DNA of 61,823 bases, the filler included, from Basidiobolus ranarum (lineage: Eukaryota): assembly GCA_040143965.1 (NCBI GenBank). It is 4 parts of 4 records of this genome, joined end to end, with 100 filler letters (N's around TTAATTAATTAA, not from the genome) between each part and the next. Parts side by side here need not be neighbours in the genome. Positions count along the whole stretch, not along the records: positions 31,034 to 46,384 come from JASJQH010000381.1; positions 46,485 to 61,823 come from JASJQH010000382.1; 2 more parts are not named here. One strand, given 5' to 3'. Under the pieces are notes generated by a model. The model was given only the letters and a program-made list of their open reading frames with translations, was not told the DNA's origin and made no database searches. The position numbers were made by a program, and so were the translations under genes. Shown piece by piece: positions 41,719-53,115 of the stretch (positions within the stretch are counted from its first letter, which is position 1; every line of letters begins with the position of its first letter).

Positions 41719-42978
41719 ATGCCAAGTAATCCCTTAGGTTAGCAGGCTTCGCGTACTTGCGTGTGAAATCTCATCAATGTGCTAACCAGTTTTCTGCTAC
41801 CACTAATATAGTCCGATCCAGTTTGACTTCCTCTCTAACTTGTGATGTGCTTCTTAAAATCTTTTCACATCTTGATTATGTACACATCCAAAAACTTTCC
41901 ATGGTAGGTTGAAGTGTAATACTCTTTAAGCATAATAACGAACAAGATCTCAGATTGATCGCCAACAGACTGGTTATCTAAGCTATGTTGTAACACTATT
42001 AACACCAATATTGTCTTACTATATAGATCGACAAATCTTTGGCTGCAATCCTGTCTGATGACTCAGTTTGGCGATATCTAGTATGGTAAGCGTTTTCATT
42101 TATTGCCCTGATTATACACCTGAATAGAAATCTCATATTGTTCAAAGTCAACGATTCGGGCGAAAATACATCTTAAGCCATCCACGACAAATATATGAAG
42201 AGAAAAGTAGGAGCTCACTATCTTCTACTGCCCAGCCTATTTACATCCTTATCATGTAATGCTCTCTTGCTTTAGGCAGACTTATTCTCGCAGGAGTTAC
42301 TGATTTGATGCCGGAACCAGAATCTGTGGTGCAACTAAAGAGGAAAGTCGATCAAGACAAGTAAGAGATTATCGAGTATTCTGGGAAAGTTCATGTATCT
42401 CTAATCACCACACATTGTTAGGTCATATCTAGTGCTTGATACAGCTTTCAAATTTAAGGTTGGATACTACATGATACTATATATATGGTTTAATTGTGAT
42501 TGACCCAGCTTCTATAGCTCATTGGAGTAATAGATGGCATCCCTCAGGGAGAATATGATATTGTATGGAAATTGAAATTCACTCGAGGTTCCTTCTATCT
42601 GACTTACATAACCTTCCGTGGTGAAATCGAGGTAATCATAACCCAAGTGTACTCAGTTCATTACAATGTACTGAAATTAAAATTGCTTAGGGCTTACAAA
42701 GTAGCGGAAATGACCACCAACTAAATCAAACAGATCTGGAACAATGCGAAGGCGAAGAGTGGTTTAATCTGGTCCATCCTCAACCAATTCAAGTCACTCA
42801 AGACTGGCAGTCTTGTAAATTAACTGTATCATCTAATGAGCAGATCTGGAAAAAAGGACTAGTATGTTATTCAGCCTCATATTTCATTTAATCAGTAAGC
42901 ATCATCACTAAATAGTTTTCGTAACATTTGTAGATGATAGAATCAGTTCAGTTAAAGCCGAAAAAACTTACTTATTGA
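41719..42978 (+). CDS. F-box protein with a C-terminal PP2/Nictaba-like domain, multi-exon; absent from the ORF track
   Basis: F-box LTCDVLLKIFSHLDYVHIQKLSM|IDK..SDDSVWR. C-terminal exons GIPQGEYDIVWKLKF, GEEWFNL, WKKGL|MIESVQLKP. About 7 short GT-AG introns; start codon inferred. Confidence 0.7.
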
Positions 42979-43537
42979 TTATGACTGATGGACATGAACG
43001 CAATCCTAAAATCTATGTCTAATACCGGGATGAGCTGTAATGTAGAAATTTTGATTGCCTGTAAACTAAGCCTGCTCCTACGATCCCTTCCAATTCAAAA
43101 AAAGTGTAACATATCAAAGTTCTCCAATCGTTTTTACAAATGTTCAAGTGCCATCCTGATTTATGACTAGGCATTCTATATCTTGCCACTTCATGTTAAC
43201 TGAGGAATAGCGGTAAGAAAACCGTAGCATTGATTTGCAAAGTGGAGATGTTTTAGATAAGGCTTCTCCTCAAACGCACTTACAATATATATTATATAGT
43301 GAGTGTTGTAGCTGCTGGATGAAATTATGGATGTAATATGTATATATTGTCAGAGAAAAGTAACCAACCGAGAATTAGTAGTACAAGTCATATGTAAGGG
43401 AGCCATGATGAGGGTGCAATATACTTGATGATTGATAAGGGATAGAAAATTTGTACCCTAAACTTCAACAGCATTTCATGTATTACTTGATGCCTTTTCA
43501 CTTCTCGAGTTCCTTAAAGACCAGCTCGATTCAAAAT

Positions 43538-44752
43538 TTAAATTTCTCGATATTTTTTCTGGGTAATTTCTTCTTCTATTGTTCCATTTTGTACTTCCCA
43601 CTGATCGGATTTACAGTCAATCAGGTATTCAAGATCATCCTTGGTAATAGAGTCCCAATATTTGTAGATCATCATGACCGAAAATAAGGTGGCTCCAGCG
43701 GCAAAGAAAAGTCCATCTAAATAATGAGTTACTGCCTCACATATCTCGTGTGAGAAACCTAACAGCGCAATTTGTCCAGCAATAAAAGAGATTCCAGCAA
43801 TTAAAATATCCCCTACAATAAAAGAAGCAAATCCTTTAGTAACCCAGAACTTCTAAAATTTCAAAGATCAAGAACACACCTAGTGGCCATCGATCATCCA
43901 GGGTCCTCACTACCAAGATTACTTGCAATATGAAGTAAATCGAGATCGCGGCTCCATTTAACACAATATAGATAATCCACAAGGCGAGTGGATTCGTAGA
44001 GTCCAGGTTCTGTCTAAATGTAAGAATGGAAACAGCGAAAACTCCGCCCCATACGAACAGTGAAGAGATTCGTATTGACTGTTCGTTGCAGGTCAGTTGC
44101 TTGTTCATTTTCACATTATCCAGTAGATTGCTTACCCATAGCGATAAGGCAGTGCCGTCTTCAGCGAATTGAAAGCCTACAAAGCCGTTTAGAAGCAAGC
44201 TCCATATTGTAGTGGATATCAAGCCCATATGGGCCGCCGTAAACCACTAGAATTAGAAAAGTTTTGTGAGTGTATGTTACTGATAAATACAAGTCTCTAA
44301 TAATTACCGGATATACGCTAGATCCAATTGGTATGATTCCAGTGATCAGCAGCATCTCCATCAATACTGTAGTCGCATAAAGGTAGAAAAACAAAACCAT
44401 CTCCTTGCGCCCTAAACTCTCGGTACTTAGTGAACATTACTATTTGAGCTGGTGGTTAGCGTATATTATTTACCGACTGCCGTGTACTTCATTCTGATGT
44501 TATAAATCATAATCACTGTCATAATCAGCGCTACCAGGTAGACAGTGAAAGTCCCTACTAAACGGTTAACTACATATCAAATACAGCAAACCACGGAAAG
44601 CAGTTACCTGGCTGGAATAGGATGAACCCTACAATATCGATGTTCCGTGAGTAACAGGAAGGTACCGTACGATGATCCAATGGCCCAACCAAAGGGCATA
44701 CTGTAAGAGATATTGTGCGACAAATGCTCTCAAAACTACCGAATTCCACCAT
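43538..44752 (-). CDS. CHS7: Chs7 paralog 2 (most divergent); 6 exons
   Basis: [68 protein letters not shown]. Confidence 0.95.
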
Positions 44753-45952
44753 ATTCAGAAAACAGCAATATTAATCGGTAAAAGATACTAATTAATAAAA
44801 TTGGGACGATAAATAATAGATCTTTCCAACAGAATCTTGTATGTCGGCTCCGGGGAAGGATTGTTAAAGAAAACGAACAAGAAAGTAGCGAGGGCGTTGA
44901 AATAGAGCTTTTCCTAGTACCACTATGAATTGGATATTGTATCTGTTTGCGAGGGTAGATAGGGAGAGAGCTCTTCAGATTATATAGTTCCAAAAATGTC
45001 GGCAGGACATACAAAACTGTTGAGGCGTGTTGAGGGGGAATCGACGGTTGGTAGTATTAGAGCATTAGGATGATCCTAATGGCTGGAAATTCGATTTATC
45101 CCATAGCTGTTAGACTTTGAATGCAAGTAATGTTGGATTAATCTGCTACACATCCCTTATATGAAATGACAGAGTATGCATACTTCTACTGAATTAATAT
45201 ATCTTCCCTGATTTTCACCCCTATTACGAGCCTTAATAGAAAAGGTTATGAGAAGCAATCATATTTTATTAGCCACTATATGTCCATCCCTCAAAGAATA
45301 GAATTTCACCATGTGAAGGCCAATCGCTTTTGTTACTATGTCAATTAGCCATCTCTTCTGACACTTGATCTCGATAACCAATAACGATCCCCTAAACAGA
45401 CATCAATCAATGACTCTGCAGCCCAACAACCTACAAGCAATAGTACGTACATCAATTAAATCTCTGCGCCATGTTTTTGACTGTCATTTGCATAGTGTAA
45501 ATTGACTGTTTAGAAATCACTGTCTGATTGACATGATATAAAATGTATGCTACCGGATCCTAACAAATACAGCTGCCCAACCACTAATTGGGACCAGCTA
45601 GGTTGGTAGAGGCTGGTGTAGTGATACAAATGGATGTCTGTTGATATGGAGTTGATCTAGACTTGGGATCTTTACTTTACCTAGTCGATGCTTTTGGTCA
45701 CTTCGAGCAAACGCATCACCATACGAAATGTTGCCCTCGTCCATCCATTGGCTTGTTTTCGGATCTCCTCTAAGAATATATTTGTTGATGTTAGAGCCAG
45801 TACTTGAATAGTCGTATAGGATTCGCTGGTCTTTGTTTCAATAGTACAACAAGGGCAAGAGCTGGCTCCATCATTACAGTAATCGACCTTCCCATTGGAA
45901 CGCCAAACATAAAAGATGACTCAGAATAATTAGATGCCAACGCTACTTCTAA

Positions 45953-46384
45953 TCAGTCCAGCTGCTTATCCAGACTTGATAACGTGATATTGATTGCCAC
46001 TTTACAAACATACCAAAATACCCAATCCAAGCTCGCTGGGTGAACGGGTATTAGTACATATGCAAAGAAAAAAGAATTTCCAAAAATGTAAAATCCAATA
46101 AAAACAATTCGATTTACATGCCACTTCGTCCTCCCTTTTCTTATCTTATCGAAAGCATGCTCAAGTGAATGCAAACATCTCTCCATCATTGCCCTGGGCT
46201 TAGGTTTCCTAAACTCAGTCTTTAGTGCCACCCATGCGCACAATAGAGAATTCAACTCTTGATGATTTCGAGCAAAAACCTGTATTGACCGGAGGATGGA
46301 AGTCTCCATCTGCACAAAGTGATCCGTAGCAATAAGCCTTTCCTTACAACCAGCTAAATCTACCATGGGTAGCCCAGAAGGGCA
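45953..46384 (-). CDS. Hypothetical protein fragment, open to the contig end, with a hydrophobic C-terminal segment
   Basis: ORF of more than 137 aa running from the linker. I could not resolve downstream splicing, so it may be a pseudogene. Confidence 0.35.
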   Translation of the reverse strand, partial: CPSGLPMVDLAGCKERLIATDHFVQMETSILRSIQVFARNHQELNSLLCAWVALKTEFRKPKPRAMMERCLHSLEHAFDKIRKGRTKWHVNRIVFIGFYIFGNSFFFAYVLIPVHPASLDWVFWYVCKVAINITLSSLDKQLD

Positions 46385-46484
46385 NNNNNNNNNNNNNNNN
46401 NNNNNNNNNNNNNNNNNNNNNNNNNNNNTTAATTAATTAANNNNNNNNNNNNNNNNNNNNNNNNNNNNNNNNNNNNNNNNNNNN
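46385..46484. other. Artificial contig linker
   Basis: N44-TTAATTAATTAA-N44. Confidence 0.98.
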
Positions 46485-46789
46485 TTCCATACCTTCTTGG
46501 CAGTTTTAGCTCTTGAACATTGAATTAGCAATTTGTCTTTAACATTAAGACAAATTGTGTCAAAGGCACTTTGTTCTTTTTTAACCTGGAGTAAAGCCTC
46601 AGTTTCAGGTAGTTTTGCATTGTTTTTTCTTCTACAACAGTGTCCAAAAATCCTTTTTCTTGCAGCAGCATTTACTTTTTAACTTTCCACACTTGAAAAT
46701 TGGTTCCATCTAATTTTTCAGACAAGGGAATAGTTCCATAGATTTGGGGAGTAGACATTACAGAGAGTGCAAGCTTAGGGCTCACAACC
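46485..46789 (-). mobile_element. Copia primer-binding site and decayed gag N-terminus
   Basis: GGTTGTGAGCCCT directly follows the LTR (46789-46777). ATG 46758 gives MSTPQIYGTIPLSEKLDGTNFQVWKVKK*MLLQEKG, the copia gag KLxGxNxxxW motif. Confidence 0.85.
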
Positions 46790-47135
46790 TGTTAAAGTAT
46801 CTGGGAGGCTGTTGGAACTGGTTTGGAGAATTAGAGGAATTGGTGGTTTTCACTTATTGATTTATCAAGTTGAAAGTTGACATTTATAGTTTTGTCAAGA
46901 TGAAAACAGACTAACATGTAAAATGTGCTAGGGAAGGTTCCAGCAACATGTGTGCAAAGTTTGGGGCTTCTAGCACAAGTTTGAAAAAATCTATATATAT
47001 GAGAACTTTTAAGTTGGTAAAGATATGTGAAGTAAATTCCTTATGAGAATAATGGATATCTTAGTGAATTATAAGATAACTAAGTACTAAGCTACATATG
47101 GCTATATAGATGTTTAGGCAATGCTAATTTCAACA
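46790..47135 (-). mobile_element. Family A 5' LTR (346 bp)
   Basis: TG...CA termini, followed on the minus strand by PBS and gag. Confidence 0.92.
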
Positions 47136-47576
47136 GATAGGAGATCTATAACAGGATACTTATTTCTTTGCTGTAATAGAGCTATTTCTTGCAGTTCACA
47201 GAAACAACCTACCTTAGCACTTTCAGCAACAGAAGCAGGATACATGGCTGCCTGTGTAGCAACAAAAGAAGCAATGGTTAAGAAAACTCCTAACAGACTT
47301 AGGTTATTCTCAAAATTTACCAACTACAATATTTCAAGATGATTAAAGTTTTATTAAATTAGCTAAAAATCCCATGTTTCATAATAAAAGCAAACAAATA
47401 ATTATTCAACATTACCTTGTTAGAGAGACTATAGAAAATAAGCTTATTGACTTAGCTTATTGCTCTGCAGAAGATATGATTGCTGATATATCAGGCAAAT
47501 CATTAGCTAGACAGAAATTTGAGAAATTCAGATCTTTATTGGGATTAGCTTATATGACTATCTAGTTGAGGCAGGG
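47136..47576 (+). pseudogene. Copia RNase H relic plus polypurine tract
   Basis: DRRSITGYLF..SQKQPTLALSATEAGYMAA..NPMFHNKSKQI..YCSAEDMIADI..FEKFRSLLGL; PPT GAGGCAGGG at 47568-47576. Confidence 0.92.
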
Positions 47577-47925
47577 TGTTGAAATTAGCATTGCCTAAGC
47601 ACCTATATAGTCATATAAAGCTTAGTACTTAGTTATCTCATATCTCACTAAGATATTATCCATTATTCTCAATTGAAATTTCCATAGAATATTTTTACCT
47701 ACTTAGATGTTCTCAGATATATAGATTGTTCAAACTTGTGCTAGAAGCCCCAAACTTTGCACACATAGTTCTGGGACCTTTGTTAACACATTCTATACAT
47801 TAGTCTGTTTACATCTTGGCAAAACTATAAATGTCAAACTTTCAACTCAATAAATCAATAAGTGAAAACCACCAATTCCTCTAATTCTCCAAACCACTTC
47901 CAACAGGCTCCCAAATACTTTAACA
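47577..47925 (+). mobile_element. Family A 3' LTR (349 bp)
   Basis: Begins directly after the PPT; TGTTGAAAT...TTAACA. Confidence 0.92.
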
Positions 47926-48932
47926 GTAGGACCATGCTGTACATTGTGGGAAATTCCTATGGAGCACATATAAGATGTTATGTCAAGCCAAATCCTCTGT
48001 GTTGCCCCAAGTAAACCATATCAAGACTATCATAGCCAAGTTGGTCATGGACACAATTCAGTAGAACACCAAAGATAAAGAACATCACAGTGGTGAAAAT
48101 GGCACATTTAGCTGTGCTCATGGACTATCATGAGTGCTGAGCAATGTAAAGAAAGCTGTCATAAACATACAGACAATGAGTACTATTTGAGCTTATTATT
48201 TGTTACAGTTTTGATTGAAAAATGTAACATTCATTTCAACTTCTGAGCAATTAAGTCAATAGATATATGAGATTTCTTTAGATATATTGTATTGCTATAA
48301 ATTTGTATGTGGTATTGCATAACCTAATATCAGCCTAAGATGGCAGCATAGGACATTTACTCAAGTAAGCCAAGGGATGTTCTGGCTGAACACTTGACAA
48401 ATGTTACTCAAATTAATAAGTTAATGATGGTGAGTAAAAATGAGAAGCACTTTTCATTTGCAAAATGTGCATGTTTCAAATGGTACAATATGTATAGCAA
48501 CTTTGCAATAATGAGTATTGGGGGGAAAGTGTCAAAATTTTGGAGATATGTCTGCTTAATCATAATTTTGCAATTGTTGAAGTGAAGAAAGAAGAACATA
48601 TTGTATTTTTTGACTCCCATTACAGCTGGAACAATGGTATTGATAATAATATACATTATGCATACTGAATACAAGTATACTAACTATATGTATGCCAAAG
48701 GCCAAAATGATATTGCCAGAAACACAAGGAATCCAGAATAAGGATTTTGTAAACAGGTTTAAATTGAGGTTAAAAAATTTGTCACAGAAAATACTGCTGG
48801 AATCCTTTCAGAAAACTATAAGGTAATCTGTGTAAAAGCAGTCCAAATCCAAGTTGCTGGTAATAAGAAAGATTTCTGATGGTATTCTATTGATTTGATA
48901 AAGATCCAATTGAGGTGATCCAAATTTATTTT

Positions 48933-49146
48933 CAAGATATACATAGATTTTTTCAAACTTGTGCTAGAAGCTGCAAACTTTACACATGTATTCCTGGGAC
49001 CTTCTTGAGTACATTCTACATGCTTGGTTATTTACATCTATACAAAACTTTAAGTGTCAACTTCTACCCAATATATCAATAAGTGAAAACCATCAATTCC
49101 TCTGGCACTCCAAACCACTTCCAACCAACTCCCAAAATACTTCAAC
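48933..49146 (+). mobile_element. Partial family A LTR (3' part)
   Basis: Colinear with about 47712-47925. Its terminal 21 bp are the exact reverse complement of 2168-2188. Confidence 0.8.
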
Positions 49147-49503
49147 AACAGTCAGCTAAAAGGAATACCATGGAGTTCTATGGAGACCAATCATGGCAGA
49201 ACTGCCTGTTGGGATATATATAAGCAGAACATAAGCATTTAAAGTGCAAATGTATAGTGGAGTTGTAGAATAATGACGAAGGCAGGTTTATTAGTAGAAA
49301 ATAGGGTAAAAAGGATGCAAGAATTACATTATGAAATGAAACTATCAACTCAGCCAAGAAATGATTTTAAATAATGGAGATGGTTGTCGAGAACTAATGA
49401 AAGTAGAATCAATGGTATATTGGTAGTACTTGATACTCACCAATAGCGACACTAATACAGTCACATTCCATCCAACAGCAACTTTAGATAGGGCGTTTTG
49501 TGA

Positions 49504-50871
49504 CTAAGGAATTCTGGTGGATCTGATGACTTTTTGTGATTCGTGCACAGGTGAGTGGGACATGTCGATGCTTACTATCTGATATTGGGGATTCTTTGAT
49601 AATTGGCGCAGGCTACATCTGAAAAGTCCCATAACAGCATGGACGTCCTCACCTTTGATGGAGGCCAAGTTAAGAGGTGGACGGTTACCTGGATCAAATA
49701 ATAGAAGGTTACGAGCACCATCAGCTCGTTTTTCGATGCCAACAATGGTTCGACTATGACCTAAAAATATAGATCGGTTATCAAAGTTGCAACTCTGGAC
49801 TTGATGTAGTTGCATTTACCTTGGTGTTGCAAGTAAAGAGGAGGCTTCTTTGTAATAATTACTCGATGCTCGCTGCTTGCGGAAACGGGGTTACTGCCGG
49901 ATTCAAAGTAACTCTCGACCCATGATAATATGGCAGGGTGTGTATTATCGTTTGCGGTGTACTTGTAGAAGTCTGTGACTAGGCAACTATAAGCAGCTAG
50001 TTATTAATTGTTGTCACTAAGAAAATGACTAGCTCAATTACTCACCGTACACCTAAATACGAGAGGATGCAATAAACTTCGGTGGCTCCGATCCAACTCT
50101 TAGTTCCAACCACATGATTGTCAAGTTGTGCGGCTCCTTCTGTATCGAACCCTTAATAAGCTACTTGGTTATTGAGCGCTCTGGAGAAATAACTCACTTT
50201 AATAGATGCTGCTTACCTGCTTCCCAAGCATGCTCAAGAAGATGCTGCAACTGATGAACGTCCGGCATAGATTTCAAATTAAGGTCAAAATCCTCCATGG
50301 CCAAAAGGCAAGAAAGGAGCATCTGAAGATTATGATATCCACATCCCCAACTAGTATCACGCTTGTCATAACTGATATGTTTGGTAGCGGGGTGACAAAA
50401 GTATACTACTGAGGCTTCCTCTTCCGAAGATTCAATTAACGTCTTGAGTTGGTCAATGAGAACTAGCGATTCAAAGAAAATTTAAGCATGCGATTCCATG
50501 GGTACTATCGGCATGCCAGTAGAGCTTAAGATAAGCAACAAACCTGTGTTCAATCTTGGTTTAGGGGCTGTGAAGAGACGGGTAAAGGTAATCAGGACAC
50601 TGAGCATTAATAAATATTATATTCAATATCTGACACACCTTCGAAATGAGCTCCATTAGTTTCTTGTGTTGAATGGGAAGATCTCTATAAAATTGGCAAA
50701 TGTGTTGGCAAACTCTCGGTCACGATTCAAAGAAAGCCTATTTACCTTAGAGGATTCAGGAGAATTGGAAGTCAGAGACCTACGTTGAGCATTTTCGTGA
50801 TGAGAATTGATATGGTGGCTTATAAATGACTCATCACCATTTATGTAGTCGTTGCACACTGGACACTCCAT
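49504..50871 (-). CDS. ZUP1: ZUP1/ZUFSP/Mug105-type peptidase C78 deubiquitinase with an N-terminal zinc finger
   Basis: CPVC..HINSHH; catalytic WGCGYHNLQML; LEHAWEAGFD; WIGATEVY; PLYLQHQGHSRTIVGIE; LLLFDP. Confidence 0.9.
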
Positions 50872-51236
50872 AAATTTAAAGATAAAACTTAATATAACTC
50901 TGCTCCTGAAGTCGAGGGAAAAGAAGCGTTAACAATTAAGTTTATTAGCGGTTGCGATGCAACTTTACACAGAAGAAAGGAACGAATAGACAGTGATACT
51001 GGTTATTGAACACATTAATAACAACAAATCTCTTTACCTATTATTGAGATTCAAGAGTTAAAGTATGTCGTAGCTAACAGCTGTACAATAATCGGTGTAG
51101 ATAGCTTTTTGATCACTTAAAATAGCTTTTTATATACATCATTTTAATAGGTGATGATGGACGTCATCGGGTTAGTAAGATTTTTGATGTTAGCTTGTCA
51201 TATATAACAATTGCCAGTTCCAGGTTGTTGATGAGG

Positions 51237-51393
51237 TAGAAATGACCGAAAGCTCTATAGGATAGAAATGACCGATAGCCTTAGAAATAGGATAACCCTA
51301 CTGGGTTGTTCGATGGCTCGATAAAATGACCGACACTGCTTGCAGAATATGCGGAGAAGAGGTCTAACAAATATGGACGAATCAAAATGACCG
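51237..51393 (+). promoter_or_regulatory. Cluster of four AAATGACCG direct repeats in a divergent intergenic region
   Basis: Exact 9-mers at 51240, 51266, 51324 and 51385. The repeats are observed; a regulatory function is inferred. Confidence 0.5.
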
Positions 51394-51905
51394 CACTTCC
51401 ATGTAGCAAATCCATTGGCGAAGTCACAATCAATAGGAGACAAAGTGTTTGCATAAGGAATACTTAATTAAATGCTAATATGATAATGAATGGTGCAGCT
51501 ACTTCTAGTGCACTCCAAAATCCCTCTCTGCGTAACCTGATTTATTCTTTCATCTTTCTGTGCAACGCCATTTACTTTCCTAGCTAATATCTGCACTGAG
51601 AGAAACTTTCTTTTGGGGACGATTGTTATTGTTTGCTCTATTCTCCTATTCTCTTCTACTTCGGAGCTTTTTTTACTTCGCCACTTTGATAAACTCTGAG
51701 TTTCCGAGCTGAACAGTTCTTTACTCCCTTTGTTCTTTCATAGCTGTAGCCATTAGGAAAAAGTTTCTCTTCCCCGAGTTGTTATAAACATCACGATAAG
51801 AATACAGTAACCCTTAACCTTCGCACAATTGAACTTCATATAGATATTGAGCTGTTATTTTCATAGTTCTACTGCCTTATTCTACACAATATTTTCTTGT
51901 CGTAA

Positions 51906-53115
51906 ATGCCAAATTACTTTGGAAACTTTAATGATATATGCCGTATCGTTCCTTTGACGGTCTGTCCATTGTTAGGGACTAACGGGAATGGTATTGAGGC
52001 GCAATGTTACGCTCGTAATTTTGAGTTTTCTGGGCATTATTTTTTTGAATTCGGTAAGTTTTGAGCCTTCTGCAAAGTGAAAGTTAACTATAATACTTAC
52101 AATTGTATACAGCGGCGGTGGTGATTTATATTGCTGCTATAGTAATGGCTGTTATTATGATATATCATATCAAGACGAAATATACTGCCGTTGGTAAACA
52201 TTTTATTCTTTAATATCACTTTCTACCCAAACGAATTATTGTGCTAACATTATGGCACACTTTTAGGTCGCAAAGAGATGGCTTTCTTCTTTTACTTGTA
52301 CTTGCTTACAACTCTGCTGGAAATGCTATTAATATCAGGCGCTATTCCCATTGTATCGAATCTTTATCCTGTAAGCTCAATCTTTGTCTAGCCAATCCTA
52401 TACAGCGATGGTAAACTTTTACTTATATAGTGGTTTGCTGCTGCTCACGTCGGTCTGTTAAGTGCTTCTGTCTGGTGCCTCCTTATGAATGGTTTTGTTG
52501 GCTTTCAAATATACGAAGATGGAACCGCATTATCCCTCTGGGTAATTGTAGTCTTTAATATATCCAATAGTTGTGTCACCTTAACTCATGCATTTTTTAG
52601 TTGCTTCGTCTCTCTACTCTCTTTGTCCTTGGAGGTGTCTATTTCGTAGCCATCGCAACCTTCAAAAATATCACTGGATTCTTCAGTCCCACCAAGCAAT
52701 TGATGTTATGGATCTTCTACTTCGTCTTTAATGGTGCCGCGATTCTTATATACTTCTTAATGCAGCTTGTGTTGGTTATTAAAACTCTAGATGATAGATG
52801 GCCTTTGGGTAAGTCGAGCAATCTAGCTTGTGTAAACCATGTATTTTGCTAACAGCGATTCTTATGCTAGGCGATATTCTTTTTGCATTTGCCTTCTTCG
52901 TCATTGGGCAACTTTGTTTGTATGTTCTTTCCAAGGACATCTGTATCTACGTGAGCCACTATATCGACGGGCTGTTCTTCGGTGTGCTTTGTTCACTGCT
53001 AGGTGTGATGATGGTCTACAAATACTGGGACTCGATTACCAAGGAAGATCTTGAGTTCAGTGTAGGTAGCAAAAATGTACAGTGGGATTACAAGGGAACC
53101 AACTATTCCTATTAG
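51906..53115 (+). CDS. CHS7: Chs7 paralog 3; 6 exons
   Basis: [71 protein letters not shown]. Confidence 0.95.
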
